From Macrostomum lignano (lineage: Eukaryota), in the NCBI GenBank assembly GCA_002269645.1, contig NIVC01001122.1:62001-126000 (forward strand): a stretch of DNA of 64,000 bases. The letters run 5' to 3'. The notes under the pieces are model-generated. The model did no database searches. It saw only the letters and a list, made by a program, of their open reading frames with translations, and was not told the origin of the DNA. The position numbers and the translations under genes are program-made. How positions within the stretch are numbered: position 1 is the first letter of the stretch; each line of letters begins with the position of its first letter. Of this stretch, positions 1-8,509 are shown one piece after another.

Positions 1-13
1 TCTGTTTGGGGCT

Positions 14-311
14 CATACATGCGCAACAGTTGGCCGAGTCGGCCGATCCGGCCGACCGATTTGGCGGCCAACCAAGGAAGTCGCAAATATGCCCACCCGA
101 AAAAACACCGAAGTAGTAGTACTAAGTAGCTGACGAGGCATTTTGGCTCAATAAGACAGTCATAGTTACTCCTGCCGTTTACCCGAAGTTGCGTTAATTT
201 TGCTTTAGGGTTTCTTTCCATGTAAGTCGCATTTTTGGCCAAAAACTACGTCGCATTTTTGTTAAAACTAAGTCGCACGGCCGACCGAATTTTGGAGGTT
301 GCGCATGTATG
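14..311. mobile_element. 298-bp MITE (hAT- or P-like) inserted in a 71-bp repeat unit
   Basis: 14-bp TIR CATACATGCGCAAC / GTTGCGCATGTATG; 8-bp TSD TTGGGGCT at 6-13 and 312-319. Confidence 0.9.
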
Positions 312-530
312 TTGGGGCTTTGAATCTTGGAAGGTGGTCCACCTAACCTACAGACACAACTGAAGCAGCTTTCTCAGTCTGTTTGGGGCTTTGACTTTTA
401 TAAGGTGGTCCACCTAACCTACAGACACAACTGAAGCAGCTCTCTCAGTCTGTTTGGGGCTTTGAATCTTGGAAGGTGGTCCACCTAACCTACAGACACA
501 ACTGAAGCAGCTTTCTCAGTCTGTTTGGGG

Positions 531-710
531 CCTTGGCTCTCAGAGCTGTCTTGAAAGTTTAGTGCGGGAATGTTTCCGTTTCTTGGAATGCAATCAGAAC
601 AGATTCTTAGAAAGCGAGCTGGTCCACCATGAGATCAGAATGTCTGCACTGTGTAAATGAATGGTCTCTAGGCATTCCGACTCAGATTATCGCCTAGTAG
701 TGCTGTAGAG
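531..710 (+). repeat. Array module A (about 180 bp), copy 1; further copies at 3844-4023, 7171-7348 and a diverged one at 8255-8432
   Basis: Near-identical sequence in four places. The first three end in GCTGTAGAGAAG, and each carries an internal CTGGTCCACC resembling the repeat core. Confidence 0.92.
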
Positions 711-1252
711 AAGGTGGTCCACCTAACCTACAAACACAACTGGAGCAGCTCTCTCAGTCTGTTTGAGGGTCACACGTAGGGATGTCGACCCCGGGGAGTG
801 CTCCCGGGCCCCGGGGAGCTTGTCGGGGAATATTCCCCGGGGAATTGAACCGGGGACCCCGGGGAGAAAAATGCATTTTTAACCTAATTTTTGCCATTAA
901 AATAAGAAAATAATTTACAGAGAGCTGATTGAAACTCTGTCTATGCTTTTCTTACCGCATAACTGCTTATCTCAATGTAAAATTTCAAACGCAACACACG
1001 TTTGAATGTTTTTTCACTACGAGTCCTTCAATCAAGCAAATTTCACCTAAAAACCCGTCAGGAAAAAGAAGCTTTACTGACTACTGTGTTGGTCTGCGTT
1101 GACGGCTTGACGGAATTTGACGCAGGCACAGCGCTGCGTCCTGCGGACGCATGGGGGTGTCATACAATAACAAAATGCTCCCTATTAGACAAGGACAATG
1201 TCTGCTAGAAATAAAAATTTTGATTATAAAAACGGTCTCATTCATTAATTAT

Positions 1253-1365
1253 CCTCCCACGAGCGTAGCTGCTGAGCATGCATTTTCCGCCTCCACACCA
1301 CAGTCTGGACTCCTTCTGACAAAGGTGCACGCACGATTTGATGATGCCACGTTGTCAAATACAGT
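1253..1365 (+). pseudogene. Remnant of a hAT transposase C-terminal dimerisation domain
   Basis: Translation PPTSVAAEHAFSAS...TKVHARFDDATL matches the hAT PxTSxxxERxFS...RxxLxxxxL pattern. Confidence 0.7.
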
Positions 1366-1591
1366 TTTAAATAAACACAAGCTCCCCGGGGTCGACATCC
1401 CTACTACAACCAAGGGATATAGGCATTTCTTAGGAGCCATTTAAATTTTAAAGTGATCTTATGCGAATTTTAATGTTAAAAGCTTCATGCTGTAACTAAC
1501 TAATTTAGTAGGATTGCATTGTAATCAGTTATTCATTAATTTTTCGCTATTTTTACAAACCATCCCACGTTGTCTTGACTCTTGATTTGCC

Positions 1592-2392
1592 ATCTACTGT
1601 TATAACTGAGCCTGAAGACTTGTCTATACAGAGGACAGTGTTTTGAATCTCTGGCTAAACTGTCTCTCCTCTCTGCGCCTCTCCACTCGCGGGTACAGAG
1701 AAGGCTATTAAAAAGTTATTCCAAAACACTGTACATTCGCTATGTACATTAAGCCCAATCGCCTGACCCTTCGTCTGGGGGTCTGGGCTGGTGGAATGAG
1801 TGAGCGGCACAAACAACAGAAAAAGCAGACAAACTTCACATGCTTACAGTTTCTGTCCTGATTGAGATACAGAGTTGAGACTTTACATTTAGATAGAGAA
1901 TGAGTCAATAAAGAATTGCGTCAAATTTGAAGTCAATCGCTTCACGTGGAGCAAGCTTATGACAGCCGAAAGTTAGTCATTTTAAACCTATTTACACTCC
2001 TTTGCCCAGATCGGGAAAGAGAGGCAGGCGGGCGGAGGTTGGGGTGGTTGCCTCGCTGAAAAAACAGTTAATTTTAAAAGTGCACAGCGCCTTTCAGGAT
2101 TAACTTTGAGACTTGAAATTTTACACGGTTGAAAGGATCGGTAGAAGTGGAGCGGCGCTATGGAGGATTTAGTAAAAAATCGCGCATTTTGAGCAGTTTT
2201 TGCACTTTTAGGTAGGAAGACTTGAGTTTAGGAAATTTTAAGGTAGCCTAAGACATTCTCCGTAGTAAATTTAGGGCGGGTGCAAAAGTTATCGTAATTT
2301 GGTTGAGCGGTTTGGGACTTGGGAGTCCATAGCAAAGTAATTTGTACACAGACACACACGCAGACAGAGTTTTCATTTTTATAGGTAGAGAT
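1592..2392. mobile_element. Possible nested interspersed repeat (Helentron/HINE-like ends) inside the hAT element
   Basis: Begins ATCTACTGTTATAA and ends with a CA/GACA microsatellite-like stretch then TTTTTATAGGTAGAGAT. Resemblance only. Confidence 0.25.
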
Positions 2393-2662
2393 TGTTTAGT
2401 TTTTACCCTTGCGCCTTGAACATGTAGTCTAAAGCTAAAATCAAAGTTTAAAATGCCATTTAAGATCTAAGCCAAAGTTATTCGCCGTTTTTAACTTATT
2501 TTTAATTTTCCCCGGGTCCCCGGGGAATGACAGTAAATTCCCCGGGTCCCCGATAAGAATATTCCCCGGGGAATCGACATCCCTAGTCACACGGATACAC
2601 GGCAGCGGTTTTGAATTTAAGCTTCCGACGTTGACTTGTCTTTTTATTCTCTAACATCCTAG

Positions 2663-2878
2663 GAGCCTGAGTTCGAATTTCATTCTCCTGAGCTCGACCA
2701 GTCTGACGCTTCGAAAAAGTCGAAATCGCGCTCTGCGTCTGCATCACGCCTTGATGAAGGCTCTCAGTTGCACAACGCTACCGCGGATGCAGGCGCTACT
2801 CCAGCCTCGAAGAAGGCCGCATCGCCTGGTGAAAATCGTCGGTCTACTCGCAAATACGTCGACACCGAGTCCAGAAAA
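2663..2878 (+). CDS. Repeated phase 0-0 exon B, copy 1 (72 codons, EPEFEFHSPELDQ...RKYVDTESRK)
   Basis: Preceded by TTTTTATTCTCTAACATCCTAG (branch point + acceptor), followed by GTGAGT; open frame, 216 nt. Confidence 0.7.
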
Positions 2879-3504
2879 GTGAGTTTCGCTTGATGATCTC
2901 AAAGTAGCTAGCTGCAACTCAATTGCTGTAGAGAAGCTCTTAAAAGGTGGTCCACCTAACCTACAGACACAACTGAAGCAGCTCTCTCAGTCTGTTTGGG
3001 GCTTTGACTCTTATAAGGTGGTCCACCTAACCTACAGACACAACTGAAGCAGCTTTCTCAGTCTGTTTGGGGCTTTGACTCTTGGAAGGTGGTCCACCTA
3101 ACCTACAGACACAACTGAAGCAGCTTTCTCAGTCTGTTTGGGGCTTTGACTTTTATACGGTGGTCCACCTAACCTACAGACACAACTGAAGCAGCTCTCT
3201 CAGTCTGTTTGGGGCTTTGACTCTTAAAAGGTGGTCCACCTAACCTACAGACACAACTAAAGCAGCTCTCTCAGTCTGTTTGGGGCTTTGACTCTTGGAA
3301 GGTGGTCCACCTAACCTACAGACACAACTGAAGCAGCTCTCTCAGTCTGTTTGGGGCTTTGACTCTTGGAAGGTGGTCCACCTAACCTACAGACACAACT
3401 GAAGCAGCTCTCTCAGTCTGTTTGAGGGTCACACGGATACACGGCAGCGGTTTTGAATTTAAGCTTCCGACGTTGACTTGTCTTTTTATTCTCTAACTTC
3501 CTAG

Positions 3505-3720
3505 GAGCCCGAGGTCGAATTTCGTTCTCCTGAGCTCGACCAGTCTGAGGCTTCGAAAAAGTTGAAATCGCGCTCTGCGTCTGCATCACGCCTTGATGAA
3601 GGCTCTCAGTTGCACAACGCTACCGCGGATGCAGGCGCTACTCCAGCCTCGAAGAAGGCCGCATCGCCTGGTGAAAATCGTCGGTCTACTCGCAAATACG
3701 TCGACACCGAGTCCAGAAAA
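3505..3720 (+). CDS. Repeated exon B, copy 2 (216 nt)
   Basis: Same splice signals, open frame. Confidence 0.7.
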
Positions 3721-4158
3721 GTGAGTTTCGCTTGATGATCTCAAAGTAGCTAGCTGCAACTCAATTGCTGTAGAGAAGCTCTTAAAAGGTGGTCCACCTA
3801 ACCTACAGACACAACTGAAGCAGCTCTCTCAGTCTGTTTGGGGCCTTGGCTGTCAGAGCTGTCTTGAAAGTTTAGTGCGGGAATGTTTCCGTTTCTTGGA
3901 ATGCAATCAGAACAGATTCTTAGAAAGCGAGCTGGTCCATCATGAGATCAGAATGTCTGCACTGTGTAAATGAATGGTCTCTAGGCATTCCGACTCAGAT
4001 TATCGCCTAGTAGTGCTGTAGAGAAGGTGGTCCACCTAACCTACAGACACAACTGAAGCAGCTCTCTCAGTCTGTTTGAGGGTCACACGGATACACTGCA
4101 GCGGTTTTGAATTTAAGCTTCCGACGTTGACTTGTCTTTTTATTCTCTAACTTCCTAG

Positions 4159-4374
4159 GAGCCCGAGGTCGAATTTCGTTCTCCTGAGCTCGACCAGTCT
4201 GAGGCTTCGAAAAAGTTGAAATCGCGCTCTGCGTCTGCATCACGCCTTGATGAAGGCGCTCAGTCGCACAACGCTACCGCGGATGCAGGCGCTACTCCAG
4301 CCTCGAAGAAGGCCGCATCGCCTGGTGAAAATCGTCGGTCTACTGGCAAATCCGTCGACACCGAGTCCAGAAAA
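4159..4374 (+). CDS. Repeated exon B, copy 3 (216 nt)
   Basis: Same splice signals, open frame. Confidence 0.7.
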
Positions 4375-4882
4375 GTGAGTTTCGCTTGATGATCTCAAAG
4401 TAGCTAGCTGCAACTCAATTGCTGTAGAGAAGCTGGTCCACCTAACCTACAGACACAACTGAAGCAGCTCTCTCAGTCTGTTTGGGGCTTTGAATCTTGG
4501 AAGGTGGTCCACCTAACCTACAGACACATCTGAAGCAGCTTTCTCAGTCTGTTTGGGGCTTTGACTCTTGGAAGGTGGTCCACCTAACCTACAGATACAA
4601 CTGAAGCAGCTCTCTCAGTCTGTTTGGGGCTTTGACTCTTATAAGGTGTCCACCTAACCTGCAGACACAACTGAAGCAGCTCTCTCAGTCTGTTTGGGGC
4701 TTTGACTCTTATAAGGTGTCCACCTAACCTACAGACACAACTGAAGCAGCTCTCTCAGTCTGTTTGGGGCTTTGACTCTTAGAAGGTGGTCCACCTAACC
4801 TACAGTCAAAACTTATGTACTGTTTAGGCGTTTCCGTAATGGAGTAATATGTGAGAAATTTTTTTTATTTTAGTTTCTACAG

Positions 4883-5911
4883 GGCTGTTTGGTCGAGCAG
4901 TTTACATTGGATTCTCTTCGAGGGAAGCGAGTTTTTTTTCTGTACGGCGAAAGTCAAAAGCGACAAAAGAAGCTGGAATCTGCCGTCGTCTATTATGGCG
5001 GAAGCGTTGCTTCGTTTTTTTCAAATGAGGTGTGTAGTTTTTGCAATGCATTCGTTGTTTTTGTTTGTTGCTTGTTAATAGGGCAGATTAGAGACGTTGA
5101 TAGATTTTTTGTAGCTATGGGCTCGTATTTTTTGCTTTTCCAGGTTGATTTAATCATCGCTGACGATTCCGCTGTCTCCATTGAAGCTAAACAATCTTTT
5201 TCGGAGTTTTCTAGGGGTTTCACCATGCAGCAGAGAGCCGTTACGCAAACTTCGAGTTCGCAATGCAGAATTGTCAAAACATTCGAAGATATTTTGACGA
5301 AAGCTCGCTTGCTGCAAATACCTGTCTACACTCCGGCAATATTTCGAGATCGAATTCGCGATCAAGTTTCTCAACACGAGCTGTGCCAGAAAACTATTTC
5401 TTCAGGGAGGTTTGCCGAAGAAGATCGGAATTTGACCCCACCGGCCGTTGTTGTTACGGATGCCCAGCATTTGCTGAGACCAATCTTCAAAGATAACATT
5501 GATGTCGTCGACATTTTTGCAAACCCAAGGGCTAATAATAACGATGAAAAAAATCGTCAAAAGCCTGACGGCAAAGAAAAACGGAAAGGTCGGTGTGAAA
5601 ACTGTCGCGAAGCCTACGACGACTTTAATCAGCACATAACATTAAGCCAAAAGCACCAAGATTTCGTTTCGAATAAAAAAAATTTTACTGAAATCGACCA
5701 AATCATTTCAACTCTTCCGACGCTAGACAGCGCCCTAAATGAAGCGACTCAAAAGGCTACCGCTCCTATGACACATCATGACACGAAAAAACCGGATTCG
5801 AAAGCACTACCTAACATATTTCAGCAAAATGACGGTGATAGACGCCAAGCCGCATCGCTTGGCGAAAATCGTCAGTCTGCTCGCAAATACGTCGACACCG
5901 AGTCCAAAAAA
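4883..5911 (+). CDS. DBF4: Dbf4/ASK/chiffon-like module (Cdc7 kinase activator); exons 4883-5029 and 5144-5911
   Basis: After removing the GT-AG intron 5030-5143: motif N/BRCT-like LRGKRVFFL...YYGGSVASFFSNEVDLII, motif M PPAVVVTDAQHLLRPIFK, motif C zinc finger KGRCENCREAYDDFNQHITLSQKHQDF...IDQII. All junctions are phase 0. Confidence 0.85.
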
Positions 5912-6257
5912 GTGAGTTTCGTTTAATGATCTCAAAATAGCTAGCTGCATGCAACTCAATTGCTGTAGAGAAGTTCTTAAAAGGTGGTCCACCTAAACTA
6001 CAGACACAACTGAAGCAGCTCTCTCAGTCTGTTTGGGGCTTTGACTTTTATAAGGTGGTCCACCTAACCTACAGAAACAACTGAAGCAGCTTTCTCAGTC
6101 TGTTTGGGGCTTTGACTCTTAAAAGGTGGTCCACCTAACCTACAGACACAACTGAAGCAGCTCTCTCAGTCTGTTTGAGGGTCACACGGATACACGGCAG
6201 CGGTTTTGAATTTAAGCTTCCGACTTTGACTTGTCTTTTTATTCTCTAATTTCCTAG

Positions 6258-6482
6258 GAGCCTGAGGTCGAATTTCGTTCCCGCCAAATCGAACGCACTG
6301 GTGCCTCAAAAAGAGGGCGGAAATCGCGAAGCCGTTCGCGCTCTGCATCACGCCTTGATGAAGGCGCTCAGTCGCACAACGCTACCGCGGATGCAGGCGC
6401 TACTCCAGCCTCGAAGAAGGCCGCATCGCCTGGTGAAAATCGTCGGTCTACTCGCAAATACGTCGACACCGAGTCCAGAAAA
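6258..6482 (+). CDS. Repeated exon B variant, copy 4 (225 nt, 75 codons)
   Basis: Same splice signals; net 9-nt in-frame insertion relative to copies 1-3. Confidence 0.7.
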
Positions 6483-7766
6483 GTGAGTTTCGCTTGATGA
6501 TCTCAAAGTAGCTAGCTGCAACTCAATTGCTGTAGAGAAGCTGGTCCACCTAACCTACAGAACAGACGCAACTGAAGCAGCTCTCTCAGTCTGTTTGGGG
6601 CTTTGACTCTTGGAAGGTGGTCCACCTAACCTACAGACACAACTGAAGCAGCTCTCTCAGTCTGTTTGGGGCTTTAACTCTTAAAAGGTGGTCAACCTAA
6701 CCTACAGACACAACTGAAGCAGCTTTCTCAGTCTGTTTGGGGCTTTGACTTTTATAAGGTGGTCCACCTAACCTACAGACACAACTGAAGCAGCTCTCTC
6801 AGTCTGTTTGGGGCTTTGACTTTTATAAGGTGGTCCACCTAACCTACAGACACAACTGAAGCAGCTCTCTCAGTCTGTTTGGGGCTTTGACTTTTATAAG
6901 GTGGTCCACCTAACCTACAGACACAACTGAAGCAGCTCTCTCAGTCTGTTTGGGGCTTTGACTTTTATAAGGTGGTCCACCTAACCTACAGACACAACTG
7001 AAGCAGCTCTCTCAGTCTGTTTGGGGCTTTGACTCTTAAAAGGTGGTCCACCTAACCTACAGACACAACTGAAGCAGCTCTCTCAGTCTGTTTGGGGCTT
7101 TGACTTTTATAAGGTGGTCCACCTAACCTACAGACACAACTGAAGCAGCTCTCTCAGTCTGTTTGGGGCTTTGGCTCTCAGAGCTGTCTTGAAAGTTTAG
7201 TGCGGGAATGTTTCCGTTTCTTGGAATGCAATCAGAACAGATTCTTAGAAAGCGAGCTGGTCCACCATGAGATCAGAACGTCTGCACTGTGTAAATGAAT
7301 GGTCTCAAGGCATTCCGACTCAGATTATCGCCTAGTAGTGCTGTAGAGAAGGTGGTCCACCTAACCTACAGACACAACTGAAGCAGCTCTCTCAGTCTGT
7401 TTGGGGCTTTGACTCTTAAAAGGTGGTCCACCTAACCTACAGACATCAACTGAAGCAGCTCTCTCAGTCTGTTTGGGGCTTTGACTCTTAAAAGGTGGTC
7501 CACCTAACCTACAGACACAACTGAAGCAGCTCTCTCAGTCTGTTTGGGCTTTGACTCTTGAAGGTGGTCCACCTAACCTACAGACACAACTGAAGCAGCT
7601 CTCTCAGTCTGTTTGGGGCTTTGACTTTTATAAGGTGGTCCACCTAACCTACAGACACAACTGAAGCAGCTCTCTCAGTCTGTTTGAGGGTCACACGGAT
7701 ACACTGCAGCGGTTTTGAATTTAAGCTTCCGACTTTGACTTGTCTTTTTATTCTCTAACTTCCTAG

Positions 7767-7992
7767 GAGCCTGAGGTCGAATTTCGTTCCCGCCAAATCG
7801 AACGCACCTGGTGCCTCAAAAAGAGGGCGGAAATCGCGAAGCCGTTCGCGCTCTGCATCACGCCTTGATGAAGGCGCTCAGTCGCACAAACGCTACGCGG
7901 ATGCAGGCGCTACTCCAGCCTCGAAGAAGGCCGCATCGCCTGGTGAAAATCGTCGGTCTACTCGCAAATACGTCGACACCGAGTCCAGAAAA
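7767..7992 (+). CDS. Repeated exon B variant, copy 5 (226 nt; three 1-nt indels, net +1, either error or decay)
   Basis: Same splice signals; CACCTG, CACAAA and CTACGCGG differ from copy 4 by single bases. Confidence 0.5.
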
Positions 7993-8509
7993 GTGAGTTT
8001 CGCTTGATGATCTCAAAGTAGCTAGCTGCAACTCAATTGCTGTAGAGAAGCTGGTCCACCTAACCTACAGAACAGACACAACTGAAGCAGCTCTCTCAGT
8101 CTGTTTGGGGCTTTGACTCTTAAAAGGTGGTCCACCTAACCTACAGACACAACTGAAGCAGCTCTCTCAGTCTGTTTGGGGCTTTGACTCTTGGAAGGTG
8201 GTCCACCTAACCTACAGACACAACTAAAGCAGCTCTCTCAGTCTGTTTGGGGCTTTGGCTCTCAGAGCTGTCTTGAAAGTTTAGTGCGGGAATGTTTCCG
8301 TTTCTTGGAATGCAATCAGAACAGATTCTTAGAAAGCGAGCTGGTCCACCATGAGATCAGAACGTCTGCACTGTCTAAATGAAGGGTGTCTAAACGTTTT
8401 GACTTAGATTATCGCGTTGTAGTGCTTCAGAGAATTGACTTATTGACTTTTCAGGAAAAATGAGCTAATGAGTATATCTAAGCTATGTAACTTGCTGTTT
8501 ATTTTTCAG

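Larger units (their letters stand above)
777..2585. mobile_element. Non-autonomous hAT transposon (1809 bp) inserted at the start of an array module
   Basis: TIR TAGGGATGTCGA / TCGACATCCCTA; 8-bp TSD GTCACACG at 769-776 and 2586-2593; subterminal CCCCGGGG motifs. Confidence 0.92.
1..8254 (+). repeat. Interrupted array of about 40 copies of a 71-bp repeat (AAGGTGGTCCACCTAACCTACAGACACAACTGAAGCAGCTCTCTCAGTCTGTTTGGGGCTTTGACTCTTNN), in blocks of 1 to about 9 copies separated by modules
   Basis: Read directly; period 71 (e.g. 2944, 3015, 3086). Variation is concentrated in the bases just before AAGGTGG. Confidence 0.97.

Noticed and set aside
469-660. 63-aa ORFs MEGGPPNLQTQ... (also 8191-8382)
   Set aside because: They start at TTG inside the 71-bp repeat and read into module A; no convincing splice signals or homology.
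4889-5926. Single unspliced 345-aa Dbf4 ORF
   Set aside because: It contains an in-frame read-through intron (5030-5143) that interrupts motif N, and it starts at TTG just after an acceptor.
6301-6486. 61-aa ORFs MPQKEGG... (also 7811-7996)
   Set aside because: Alternative frame of exon B; the splice-defined phase-0 frame is the conserved one.
331-8254. CRISPR array
   Set aside because: Repeats are mostly directly tandem, the intervening modules are long and themselves repeated rather than unique spacers, there are no cas genes, and the context is eukaryotic and spliced.
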